A DNA stretch of 63,124 bases, the filler included, from Octopus bimaculoides (Eukaryota): assembly GCF_001194135.2 (NCBI RefSeq). It is 6 parts of 6 records of this genome, joined end to end, with 100 filler letters (N's around TTAATTAATTAA, not from the genome) between each part and the next. Parts side by side here need not be neighbours in the genome. Positions count along the whole stretch, not along the records: positions 17,607 to 44,519 come from NC_068993.1; 5 more parts are not named here. The stretch is one strand, 5' to 3'. The translations under genes were made by a program, and so were the position numbers. The notes under the pieces are model-generated. The model ran no database searches. It was not told the DNA's origin and saw only the letters and a program-made list of their open reading frames with translations. Below, in pieces: positions 27,268 to 40,423 of the stretch (positions within the stretch are counted from its first letter, which is position 1; every line of letters begins with the position of its first letter).

Positions 27268-28189
27268 GAATATAATATATAAGTATGTATGAATGTATGT
27301 ATGTATGGATGTATGTATGAATGTATGAATGTATGTGTGTATGTATGTGTCTGTTTGTGTGTTTGCTGCCAACTTGCTATTACGTTTGGGGTAAGCCAGC
27401 CTTCTAAATTTTAAACGTCTCCTTACCCGTGTGAAACTAACATTATAGAAAATAGTAGGCAAATTCTATCTACCAATTTTTGATCAGCCCACCATAATTT
27501 TGAGTGGTAAGTAGATTATTTTACTAGCGAAGTTACGTTAAATTCTGCTGTCGTGGTCGTAGCTGCATATTTTGTACTTGTCCTCCTTGTCGTTATTGTT
27601 GTTGTTGTTGTTGCCGTTGCTTTTCCTGTTTTTGACTTTGATGTTATATCAATTGGCGATATTACTGATTTTGCTTTCTTTCGGATGTAGTTGCACTTAT
27701 CACGGCGGCTCTCGGTGTTTGTGTTCTGGTGGTTGTTACTGTACTAGCATTTGTTATCATTATTATTATTATTATTGCTGTTGTTGTTGTTGTGTCAACA
27801 GTATTTTGTATTGTTGTTGTCATTTAACCGAAGGTCAACTCTTTGTGAACAGACCAATGATCAAAAGTATTTGAGCTGAAACTACTTCGGCTTTCTGTCA
27901 GGCAGCTCTTTTCCCGGACGACATTATTCAAATACATCAAGGTGGCGAGTTGGCTGAAACGTTAGAGCGTCGGACGAAATACCTCGTCTTATTTGCCCCT
28001 ACACTTTTATTTTCTGAGTTCAAATATCACTGTGGTAAATTTTGTCATTTGTCTCTCCAGGGCCGATAAAATAAAGTCACAGTGTAGCTGAGAGGTATGT
28101 AATCAACTCAACCTATCCATCTCCTTGCCATTTTGTCAAAATAAAGATGAAATTACGGTGAAGGTCCTCTGTGAGTCAGATAAACTCTT

Positions 28190-28402
28190 TGGACAGGTTT
28201 TCCGGTTTCCGTGGCGTATAAATCCCACCCCCACTTGGACGGGAAGCCGGTCCGTCGCAGGATTACCCCTTTCTATCAGCCGATTGGACTGGAGCAACGT
28301 GAAATGAAATGTTTTTCTCAAGTACACAACTCGTCCCCCAATCGAGGAATCGAAACCACCATCTTACGATCATGAGTCCAACACCCTAACCACTAAGCCA
28401 CG
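28190..28402 (-). mobile_element. tRNA-derived SINE with V-SINE-like core
   Basis: The minus strand has GTGGCTTAGTGG (box A) and GGTTTCGATTCC (box B), then AATCCTGCGACGGACCGGCTTCCCGTCCAAG, resembling the V-domain. Confidence 0.6.
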
Positions 28403-29101
28403 ATGTCTGCTATGTGTCTGAATAAGAAACTATTATTATATTCCGATTCTTTGCACCCTCAGCTCAAATCCCAACTTGTTCTATTTTTCTCTTCGTGTTT
28501 TCGAGGTCACCCAAATAAAATATCAGTCCGCTAATGAACCTTATTCTCTCTCTCTCTCTCTCTCTCTTCTCTCTTTCTCTCCCACCCTCTCTTTCTCTTT
28601 CTCCGTCCCTCTCCATCTCCCTATTTCTTTCTCTCTCTCACAGTCTCCTCCTCCCTCTTTCTATTTCTATTAGTCATTCCTTTACACATGAATATCAAAT
28701 TACCAATCTGCTCATTCCGTGTCACTGATGCGGTCTGAGAATTGCGTGAATATCACATACGGCTCAGGAATACTCTACCACATGCACGTTATCTTCACGT
28801 GTATACAGCGAACCGCTCACACCAATAAATGCTTCTCTTGGTATCCAGTGAAGCCGCCACAGATGAATGTTAACAGTCTGCAAAGATGTCAAGGGAGAGC
28901 AATTTAAGGGGAAATTATTTCCTACTTATATAATGTTCTGTGACCATCTAGACTTTCCTCTCATGGGTTTGCTATTATTTGGCGTCGCATTTATTCCTTG
29001 TTGCCTTTGTTGTTAATTAACACAAAGTCAATACTGCTGCTGAAGCTGTTCTTGTTGTTACTGTTGCTGCTGCTGCTGTTGCTTCCATTGCTCGATCGAG
29101 T

Positions 29102-29495
29102 TGTTGTTGTTGTTGGCACTCCGGCGCTTACGACGTCGAGGGTTCCAGTTGATCCGATCAACGGAACAGCCTGCTCGTGAAATTAACGTGCAAATGGCTG
29201 AGCACTCCACAGACACACGTGTACCCTTGACGTAGTTCTCGGGGATATTCAGCGTGACACAGTGTGACAAGACTGACTCTTTGAATTACAGGCACAACAG
29301 AAACAGGAAGAAAGAGTGAGAGAAAGTTGTGGTGAAAGAGTACAGCAGGATTCGCCACCATCCCCTGCCGGAGCCTCGTGGAGCTTTAGGTGTTTTCGCT
29401 CAATAAACACTCTCAGCGCCCGGTCTGGGAATCGAAACCGCGATCCTATGACCGCGAGTCCGCTGCCCTAACCATTGGGTCATTGCGCCTCCACT
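29102..29495 (-). mobile_element. tRNA-derived SINE (family A), full length with (CAA)n tail
   Basis: Reverse complement of 21175-21558. 11-bp TSD CTCGATCGAGT (29091-101, 29496-506). Confidence 0.92.
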
Positions 29496-32044
29496 CTCGA
29501 TCGAGTAGAAACAAGATAATAAACGTTAAGAAACTTTTGATCTGGAGCAATATTATGAAATATGGTCTTCCTTATTTTTAAGACCGTATATTTATATACC
29601 AAATAGTTTTGTTGCTATTTCCAGGAGGTCGAGAACGAAAGAGAACAACAGAGATGCTTTCTTGTAAGCTGTTGTTACTGCTCCTGTGATTGTCGCAAGC
29701 TTTTTTTTTTTTAATCTTTTGGTCTTCCTTCCATAGGTGAGGATATTACTCCATAATGTAAATGTCTGCGTCTTTGTTGTTTAAACCCGGGTTAAGGGTG
29801 AGCGAGAAGGCCCTGATCAAAGTCATTGTAGCTGTAGCCGTCTCGTATTTTTTTCTCTTTTTCAGATAAACTATGTTCAATATGACAATATCTACGCTGT
29901 CCTTTTAAGATACTTTTAAGCTGTGATTTCTTACGCAGGTTTTTGGCGGTTGTTTCCTGTAAATCATGCAACCATGACCAGGGTTTGGCTTAAGCTACTG
30001 TTCATTAGTTGTAACGTGCACCTAATCACAAGAAGAACAAGGAGAAAAGAAGACGAAGAAAAGTAAGAAGAAGAACAATAACAGGGGTTAGAAGAAGGAC
30101 TATGAAGAGAAAGAAGATGGACAACTGTAAATACAAACACATTCACGTGCGCACACACACTCACACAAACAAACACATGCGCATATGTGTAGGCTTCTGT
30201 ATAGTCTCCATTTATTATGTTTCACAAACTCCATTTCTTGACCTAGATCGTATGTAGAAATAATTGTCAAAGTGTCCCAGAGTGTACTTGAAACTACTCA
30301 GATCTCTCAACCACATGGTCATGCCACCGCATAGCTAACTCTATGTATGTATGTATGCATCTATCTATCTATCGATCTATCTATCTATCTATCTATATAT
30401 ATATATCTGTCTATCTATCTATATATCTATAAGCTGACAAACGCACGCGAACACACAAACACAGGAGCGCACACATATATTTATATCTAATATATAACGC
30501 ATTTATAATTACACTAAAATTTCATTCATTAATCTAGTCCATTTTTTTCTTCCTGGTGCTATTCTTTGGTCTTCCTCTCCTTTTCCCATTTTATATTCGT
30601 ATTATACTTCCCCAGCCTTTTACGCCTCATTCCTTTTACCGTTTTTTTTTCTCTCTTCGTCTGTACATCTTCCTTTTTGTTCTTATTTGTTTCTAACTAG
30701 CTATATTTCATTGTCCTTGTATTTTTTCCTCTCGTTCAGCTTCCTGAGCGATATAATTTATTTATATACCTATTTATTTATTCTGGATATATATTCAGCG
30801 TCTCTCTCTCTCTCTCTTTCTCTTTCTCTCCCATTTATCTTTTTTTTTCTGGTGCGGTTCTCTCTTTTTTTCCCTTCTTCCTCGTTGTTGTTATTTTTAC
30901 TCCCTTATTTCATTATTCTGTGCTTCTTGTCTTTCGTTCGTCATTTGCCATAATGGCTTTTTCAGGTTACAACAATATCAGGAACGAAGCACTTCGACTT
31001 CAAGAGGAAGGTTTTTAAGAACATAGGTTATGTTTATTTTCGTTGAGGGAAGGCGCGAATTTCTCCTCTCATGTGTGATCTGTATTCTGCTTCTATAGAT
31101 TTCACCACACCTCTAGATAAATCTCTCTCACAAATACACACACACACAAGGACAAACAAACACGCACGCCAAAACACACAAGCTCACAAATACACGATAT
31201 ATAGATACGTGTACGTTGGCAAATATGTTGACAAAGCAGGAATAAAGCAAAATTTCTCCACGAATAGCAACAAAATACAAAACAACATCAACACCATCAC
31301 CTCCACTATCGCAGATATTTCCAATGACGATGAAAGTAGACTCTGCAGGGTTGTTCCCTCGCCTAAATATATCCCTCCCCGTAAAAAATATCTTGTAAAT
31401 AACAAGACAAATCTATCCGATGCATATGCTCCGTTAAATCCAGAAACCTACTTCGATTTTCCTTCACCAAGTCAAAATTCATTCAATGTATCTCCGCATT
31501 TCCAGAAACCCTTTTGTTGTTATACTCACTTTCACGTTTGGTGGTTACTGTTAATAGACTGTGGCTATACATTATTTACATTATTTACATTTGACGGATA
31601 TTTGACCTCATCTTGTTTATTTCATGCAGGTTTTTTTGTTATCCCATCATTATATTAAAAGGGTGTAGAATGAAGTTAAAAGAAATTTGTACCAGAATCA
31701 CAAGTAGAAGCCGTAATGAAGAAGCTGATAAAAAAACTGCCATAGCGTTACGGCCTTAAAACAATGCATAATAAATTCATGTTAAGTATGGAGCGTTTGT
31801 ATACATTATATGTGATGGTGTCTCTCACCAACTTCTCAAGCCATTATCCAAAAGCAATTTTAATTATTTTTTAAAGGTAGTTGAGTCAGTACTAAACCAT
31901 ATTGCCTAGTAGTTAAGATGTTTCGTTCCCAATAATAATGCTGACGGTTCAATTCCTGAATCGGGTACTGATTTATCTCTTTCGAAAAAGCATTTCAATT
32001 TACGTTGTCCTTGACTATGAAGGAGAACAGGGTCAAGTACTTAC

Positions 32045-32373
32045 CGGTCGAGTACTTGCAGTTGTCTCCCTGTTACTCTCACAACCAGGATGTGACGTTG
32101 ATCAAAATATAGAAGACTAAAGTGCTTATATCTACTCGCAACTACACAAGTATCTAGCGAAAACATAGTACATGATACCATTCCATAGTAGTTCGCGGTT
32201 TGACACCTTAGCTCTCTTATATGAAACAACTATAATTTCTGTGTCACTCAACTATTTTTCGTATTCTTAGATGTTTCGACGTGTTGTAGTAATGATCTAA
32301 TTACTATTGTATTTCGGCAATACAGAAATAATAATGTGTTGATATTCATGCATCATCGTAATTTTCAGTACGT
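32045..32373 (-). other. Candidate exon (alternative acceptor at 32153)
   Basis: Donor CCG|gtaagt; acceptors gtttgtctgcag| or ttttcgctag|. Confidence 0.35.
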
Positions 32374-33584
32374 CTGCAGACAAACAGTAACTGTTAAATA
32401 AATTTAGTTTCCATTATAATTGAATGTGGACTGTCTTGTAAAGGTTTATTCTCTTAAATTTTTATCTTTTAAGATACTAATTTAAGAGAGCAAACCTTTA
32501 CAAGAAGCCAGTGTAAAACAGAATAAAAGACGCCAGAGTAAAGAAGCAGCGGTACTTAATGAATGGTGAGAGAAACAGCAAAGTAAAGTCGATGAACAAT
32601 ATTGTAGACGTGTAGGTGTAGAAAATTAGCATATTTTACAGAGTTAATTACTGAAATTACTCATCCTTTCTGTTGGTATGTCTAATATGTTATCAATTCG
32701 GTTATCAGAAAATTCCGCGATAGAAATTATAAACAGGAAACGAAACATGAAAAATGAATTAAAACTTAGGTGGAAAATCCAGCCTTAATAAATAAATAAA
32801 AGAATTAAAGAGAAGTAGTATTTTAAACATACATATATGTTATAATGAAAGAATTATGACATTTATTTAAAAAGACGAGAAAGACCATGAATAAATAAAA
32901 ATGAAAGTTATGCAGGAAACCAATGAAGACAATGAAAGGAAATGGAAAAAGAACGAACTGAAGGAAGTCAGGAATAAAAGCAGAGATAAAGAGCAAAACA
33001 AGAAGAGAAAGTAGTGTCTTATATCTCAGTGTTTGTACTGCGGCCATGCTGGGGCACCACCTCGATGAATTTAGTGGAACAAATCGATCGTAATACATAT
33101 TTTTTCAGTCAAGTACTTATTTGTTCCCTTTTGTCGAGTTGCAAGATCATAAACAAAACAAAACATATCCAATGTTGATGGGATACAAACAGAAATATAA
33201 GTACATACACACATACACAAACATATTTACGACTAGCTTCCACGCAGTTTCCATCGACCCAATTTACTCACAAAGTATTGTTCAGCACATGGCTATAGTA
33301 AAAGTTACATACAGAATGTTGCATTGTGGGACTGAATCTGAAACTCCAAGTTTACGAAGCGAACTTCTTAACCATACAGCTTTTGCTGAAATATTATTTC
33401 TGAAATAATAACGGTTAAATGCTTAATCGTAAGCAATTTCTAAGAAATTGGTTTAAGTGTTGTTGTAGTTCTCGTTTAGCCTCGAGTGATCTTTGATTGA
33501 ATAGATTAACATCGGAAGACATTATAGTTAAGACTATCGTCTCGACTTTCCTGGTAGTAGCAATGTCTAATATGATCTTCCGTT

Positions 33585-33925
33585 TTGAAAACGGAACAGC
33601 CTGCTCGTGAAATTAACGTGCAAATGGCTGAGCACTCCACACACACACGTGTACCCTAAACGTAGTTCTCGGGGATATTCAGCGTGACACAGTGTGACAA
33701 GGCTGGCCCTTTGAAATACAGGCACAACAGAAACAGGAAGTAAGAGTGAGAGAAAGTTCTGGTGAAAGAGTACAGCAGGGTTCGCCACCATCCCCTGCCG
33801 GAGCCTCATGGAGCTTTAGGTGTTTTCGCTCAATAAACACTCATAATGCCCGGTCTGGGAATCGAAACCGCGATCCTATGACCGCGAGTTCGCTGCCCTA
33901 ACCACTGGGCCATTGCGCCTCCACC
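33585..33925 (-). mobile_element. tRNA-derived SINE (family A), 3'-truncated
   Basis: Near-identical to the 29102 copy over about 340 bp; the tail is missing. Confidence 0.9.
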
Positions 33926-33946
33926 CAGTCAGAGATGATCTGGGGT

Positions 33947-33994
<48 letters not shown>

Positions 33995-34246
33995 CCAACA
34001 AACATAACGCTAACAACAAAATCAACGAGAGAATAAAGAAAACCTTTTAGGCCCTGTAAATGATACGAAGTGGGTTGACGAATTTGAAAACACTACCAAA
34101 AATTAAGGAGTGTGGCCATAAATACATATATTATTAGTAAGGAGAAATTTGTAAAAGGACGATTAGGAACATAAAAAGATATTCGGAAGTAGAAGAAAAT
34201 GTAAGAATGAAAACGTTGATGTGTAAAGAGACAAAGATGTTCTTGT

Positions 34247-34307
<61 letters not shown>

Positions 34308-35199
34308 NNNNNNNNNNNNNNNNNNNNNNNNNNNNNNNNNNNNNNNNNNNNNNNNNNNNNNNNNNNNNNNNNNNNNNNNNNNNNNNNNNNNNNNNNNNNN
34401 NNNNNNNNNNNNNNNNNNNNNNNNNNNNNNNNNNNNNNNNNNNNNNNNNNNNNNNNNNNNNNNNNNNNNNNNNNNNNNNNNNNNNNNNNNNNNNNNNNNN
34501 NNNNNNNNNNNNNNNNNNNNNNNNNNNNNNNNNNNNNNNNNNNNNNNNNNNNNNNNNNNNNNNNNNNNNNNNNNNNNNNNNNNNNNNNNNNNNNNNNNNN
34601 NNNNNNNNNNNNNNNNNNNNNNNNNNNNNNNNNNNNNNNNNNNNNNNNNNNNNNNNNNNNNNNNNNNNNNNNNNNNNNNNNNNNNNNNNNNNNNNNNNNN
34701 NNNNNNNNNNNNNNNNNNNNNNNNNNNNNNNNNNNNNNNNNNNNNNNNNNNNNNNNNNNNNNNNNNNNNNNNNNNNNNNNNNNNNNNNNNNNNNNNNNNN
34801 NNNNNNNNNNNNNNNNNNNNNNNNNNNNNNNNNNNNNNNNNNNNNNNNNNNNNNNNNNNNNNNNNNNNNNNNNNNNNNNNNNNNNNNNNNNNNNNNNNNN
34901 NNNNNNNNNNNNNNNNNNNNNNNNNNNNNNNNNNNNNNNNNNNNNNNNNNNNNNNNNNNNNNNNNNNNNNNNNNNNNNNNNNNNNNNNNNNNNNNNNNNN
35001 NNNNNNNNNNNNNNNNNNNNNNNNNNNNNNNNNNNNNNNNNNNNNNNNNNNNNNNNNNNNNNNNNNNNNNNNNNNNNNNNNNNNNNNNNNNNNNNNNNNN
35101 NNNNNNNNNNNNNNNNNNNNNNNNNNNNNNNNNNNNNNNNNNNNNNNNNNNNNNNNNNNNNNNNNNNNNNNNNNNNNNNNNNNNNNNNNNNNNNNNNNN

Positions 35200-35482
35200 A
35201 GAGAAGAAGAAGAAGAAGAAGAAGAAGAAGGAGAAGGACGAAGTGGAGGAAGAGGAAGAAGAAGAGGATGAAGAAGAAGAAGAAGAAGAAGAAGAAGAAG
35301 AAGAAGAAGAGGATGAAGAAGAAGAAGAAGAAGAAGAAGAAGAAGAAGAAGGAGGAGAAGAAAAAGGAGAAGAAGAAGGAGGAGGAAGAGGTGGAGGAGG
35401 GGAGGAGGGGAAGAAGACGAAGAAAAAAAAGAAGAAGAAGAAGAAGAAGAAGAAGAAGAAGGAGAAGAAGAAGAAGAAACTA
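35200..35482. repeat. (GAA/GGA/GAG)n polypurine tract
   Basis: Direct inspection; this tract is the source of the poly-E/K/R/S ORFs. Confidence 0.95.
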
Positions 35483-35523
35483 TGATAATGATGATAATGA
35501 TAATGACAATTTTTTTCATTTAT

Positions 35524-35542
35524 TGGCCACCAGGTGGTGCTG
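35524..35542 (+). promoter_or_regulatory. CTCF-like motif
   Basis: TGGCCACCAGGTGGTGCTG versus the common consensus TGGCCACCAGGGGGCGCTA (16/19). Confidence 0.4.
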
Positions 35543-35663
35543 CTGAGAAGTACGTGAGTCGGTTCTACCCATTTTTTATTCTTCCTTGCCAGAAAAAAAC
35601 TCACTTCATGCACAAAACGATGCATACACGAATTTATATATGTATACTTTCATACATACTCAC

Positions 35664-35733
35664 CTTCTCTCTGATGACGGAATGCCCATTGTACGGACAT
35701 GCTAACATATCGCTTGGGATATCCCAGAAACAG
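35664..35733 (-). other. Candidate 70-nt exon of an unidentified transcript
   Basis: Acceptor gaatcttacag| and donor AAG|gtgagt, in unique sequence. Confidence 0.45.
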
Positions 35734-36033
35734 CTGTAAGATTCAAATTCACCTTACATAATTAGATTGTTCTAAATGAATTAAGATAGCTGTCCTGCCT
35801 TGGTTTTTGTTGTCCTTTCTAATATATATATTAGAGGAAACAATTCTATTTATTTATTTATGTAGCTGAGGATAGTCCTGGATTTAAACTGATGTAACGA
35901 TTGCATTGTTCAATTAAATGTAGCCGCTTCAAACGGTGGTGCTGCATCACACCTGGATAGCCTGTTGCTTATTTTGATTTATATATATGTGGTGGGGGGG
36001 GTTCATGTGTGTGTGTAGAAGAGTGTATGCTTG

Positions 36034-36072
<39 letters not shown>

Positions 36073-36397
36073 NNNNNNNNNNNNNNNNNNNNNNNNNNNN
36101 NNNNNNNNNNNNNNNNNNNNNNNNNNNNNNNNNNNNNNNNNNNNNNNNNNNNNNNNNNNNNNNNNNNNNNNNNNNNNNNNNNNNNNNNNNNNNNNNNNNN
36201 NNNNNNNNNNNNNNNNNNNNNNNNNNNNNNNNNNNNNNNNNNTAACAATACGGATAATAATAACAATTGAAAGAATAATAAATATTTGAACTCAGTTGGA
36301 AAAGAAGTAATATCCATGGTTTTCTACTCAAGATCTTAGTTTCTTTTTGAGTAAATTTCCTTTCTATTTGCTTTAGAAGCACACACACACACACACA

Positions 36398-36442
<45 letters not shown>

Positions 36443-38719
36443 GCACACAGGAACGCACACACATACAGAAGTACATTAGTGCGCACAAAAACGCACAAAT
36501 ACACATATGCATTCATTCTTATTGTGTCTTTCTTTCACCCTCGCTCTCTCTTACTTTACCGTATTTCTCTTTCTCACATGTGGCAAATGTGTGTGTATAT
36601 ATATACATACATATATACATATGGATATTATTCATTCATAAATATGTATGCCCATGGACATCTATATGGCCACACACAAACTAAAATGGAGAAAGCAAAA
36701 AAGACAATTTATGGAAAAGTATTTAAACGAACTTAAATGCCCTACAATATGGTGGCACGGAAGTGAGAAATTCAACAAACGTAAGATAAATATAAAATAA
36801 CGATCTGGACATCTCCATAGCCTCCGAGTTGAACAGAAGATAAGTGATATCTAACGGTTACCCGAATGTGTTTCAGTTTAGTGATCGTGCCTCCAGAGAA
36901 GGCGCTTAAATTCTTGTGTCTATGAAAAATCATACACAAGCACAGATGTATATAGACTCACACACAAACACACACACATATATATATACATACATATATA
37001 TTATATATATACATATGTTTGTGTGTATGTGTGATTGTGTGCGTCCGGGTATGTGTGAAAATCTTTTAGGAAATTATCCTTGATACATACACAACTTTTG
37101 ATGAAATATTTTCCGATGTTAGAAAGTATATTATTCAAAAACACATCATTATAAGAAAAACAAAGCAGGATGATAATGACACGGACCAGTTGGAAGTAAC
37201 TTTACGCATCATGTTGGGATTTTTTGCAATGTTCATCAAACACCCGTGTTATGGTATATATGCATACATATAATAACACACACACACATATATTGTTCAT
37301 TGTTCTGTTTTAGGTAGGATCAACAAAAGCAACAATGCAGTGAGAGACGAATACCATTTAATGTACACAGGGCTTAATAAGGGGCTTCTAATAATTCCAT
37401 GCCGTTGATATACAATAATTTGGCTGCCTTAAATAGCACGCAATATGTCTCCAATTCTTGTGAGTCAAAGCATTCCGTTAGCCGTATCTGAACTCCACGT
37501 CACATGTGTATGAGAAAAATATTGTGGAAATTCTCGAGGAAAATCGTGAAAAAAGTGGTGATGCAAACATTGGAACGAGAAGAAGGAACAGAAAAGTAAG
37601 AAAATCAAGATTTGCGTACCTCTTTGTCTGTAGAAATCATAATTAGACTAATTGATGTAGAATAATACAATGAAGGGGAGACGTTTGTCCATGTACTTGC
37701 ATTTGATAAAGATTTCGGATCTGATTGTCATAGGAAAGTAGAATAGTTCAGGAAATAAGTGAGGCCAAAACATATCTGGTGTTCCCTCACTCTCTTGTCG
37801 ATCTCATCAGAATAGCATTTTACCGATGATTATTTAGTTTTTTTTTATTTATTTTTGTCTAATCATTCCTACTCAACTTTACAATGTTCTCGACATATAC
37901 TCTTGACAAGAAATATATTAACGCTAACTTGATATCAATAATGCTGCCGTAACATTGATCTACCAGTAAATCTATGAATATTTTGCTGACAGTGTAGAGC
38001 GCAACGATTTGAATTTTGATAAACACTGAAAATAGGTGCAGGAGGTAAACAAGTTTAAATATTTGAAAAGAAATGTTTCTATTGCCACAAACAATTCTAT
38101 GTGTTGGTGCTGAAAAGTATTGAAAGACTAAATATGGTTTGACGTACGAACATATTTCCGATAATTTGCTGAAAGGTAAAAATCCACAGTTATCACCTTT
38201 TACGAAATAAAACTTTAAATCTTTATATCCAAAAGGTTTCTACAAAGAATCAATACAGCTCCTTTCCAATATTGTCCAGAACTTGCGAAATATAGATGCC
38301 ATGATGTTTCCGTTGCTGAAAGATTTCCTTAGAGAAATTAGCGTTTTAACTGCAACCGCTTTTACATACAACCGCATATTTTTCCGACAGCAAATTAATG
38401 AATATTATGTCGAAATTTCATAATACAAATCATATTTATGTCAAGCTACTTTAAACTAGCACCTGTATGATCTTCGAGGGTATTCAAGAAAGTCCTTCAT
38501 ATACTTCAATATTTTTACTTTATGAAGCTAGGGTCATTTGTAATGCGTTTCTATTAGATTAATCAATAGTTTGGGTTTTAACTATACATTCAGAGTGATA
38601 AAAGAATCTTTGTTTAGCTCAACTGCAATAAATACCAAAGTGTAACTATATCAATACATCAGTTTATATATTTCAGTGCCGAGACTTATATAGGAGAAAG
38701 GCTGCGACCTCACCGAATC

Positions 38720-38860
38720 GTAAGTACGTCGAGCAAAATGCTTAGCGGAATTTCGTCCGTCTTCAAATCCCGCCAGGGTCGACTTTGCCTGTTATCTTTT
38801 CGGAGTCGATAAAATAAATACCAGTCGAATACTGTCCTTGTGCCAAATTTTGAAGCCTAA
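38720..38860 (+). mobile_element. SINE-like family B copy (others at about 3575-3720, 25795-25935, 27945-28140, 42185-42390, 62660-62740)
   Basis: Shared core GTCGACTTTGCCT...TCGGAGTCGATAAAATAAATACCAG, with varying decay. Confidence 0.75.
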
Positions 38861-39547
38861 ATGAGTGCTGCGAATGATTCGTCCGTTTCAATTTTGCCAT
38901 ATAACTTTTATACGGAGCACAATATCGGAACTGATTTTTTGATAATGCTACTTTCGAAATAACATTTTGTAAACACAATCTTAATGGTAGGAATCCGCAA
39001 CAAACTGATTATTGAGATGTTCAAACAAAATATAACTATATACAATTACAATCGGTTATGAATCACGTACATTATTAATGATTTACGTTTATTATATTCG
39101 GTTAAGAATTATACTTATATTATTAATCATTTACATTTATTATATTATATAATATTTATTATATATAACTAATTTCATTTTTGCATTACACGTGTAGATC
39201 AGTATAAATTTTAATCCAAGTTATGTCATCATCTCAGTGATAAAATTCACTTAATCAATTTATAGAATTTTCAAAATTATTTGTCAGTAAAGATCTACTT
39301 CTGATATAAGTTCTTAATTAGTTTGATTCCATTTAAATGTAATCTAAAATTTTAACAGGAATTCAGATCACGATATTATTTGCTTTAAAATCCCAATTCC
39401 ATTAATCAACAAGTAATAAATTCCATTAGTTAAAAAGCAAAAAGGAAAAGTGTTTCTATATTGTGTGTGTCTTTGATTTTCATTTTTTATATTTCTGAAC
39501 ACAATATTTTTTTATATAGCTATATTTGTGCGCATGCACACACACAC

Positions 39548-39595
<48 letters not shown>

Positions 39596-40370
39596 ACTAA
39601 TTCACACACACATATATATGTATAATACTTTTATTCGAGTCGACTAATGTTTCAGTTGATTCAATCTCTACCTACTGAGAGTTTCGCCTGTGCATGAAGA
39701 GGTTCTTCAGGCATCTCAAGGTAGTATGTAACGAAGTTGAAACTCTGAGTAACAGGAGACAGACTCGACCACTAAGAAGATATTTTCAAGCATTACTATT
39801 GTATCGTGTGCTCTGTCATCCGATAGTCATCACTAAGGATGTATGTATGTTTATCATATGTCTGTGTGTATGTGCATAACTTCTTTTGTGAGCATTTTTT
39901 TGTGTGTGCGCGCGAATATGTAATGTACTGAAATCTATTTCGTAATTGTTGAATGTTAAAGATATAAACCTATGTCCATATCAAAGTCAGAATAGTTTCA
40001 GATTATAAACGACGTACACATGTTTTGTGAAACCTTAATATGTAAGACTACTGAAGACAGAAGTTACACTGCATTTATTCAACACTGTAAAAAATGAACA
40101 CAAACTACACTTTCGGGACCGAAGCATAGAGGACATTTGTAGTTATTGACTTGTGAGTTATGTAAAGAATTACATTTCTACGAATATATGTTAACAGCAA
40201 ACAGATTTCTAATGGTGTAGAACATTCTAAATGAGCGAGTGATATTTCAGTCGACCATACGGAAGAGATATCTGCTCTCCATAACTAACCACTTTAATAA
40301 ATCACATTGAAGAGAAGTCATGCTCAGTTTTAGATATACGACCAGTCAACCTTGTTATGTCCCCACCATC

Positions 40371-40423
<53 letters not shown>

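Noticed and set aside
34134-35625. Poly-Glu/Lys/Arg/Ser ORFs of 80-460 aa
   Set aside because: A (GAA)n-type microsatellite plus a ~890-N gap; no splice or start context.
35930-35950. RE1/NRSE-like half site (GCAGCACCACCG on minus)
   Set aside because: The right half is absent and the canonical REST/RE1 system is a vertebrate feature.
38205-38425. ~70-codon open plus frame (NFKSLYPKGFYKESIQ...)
   Set aside because: Bounded by stops with no clear acceptor/donor; compatible with chance.
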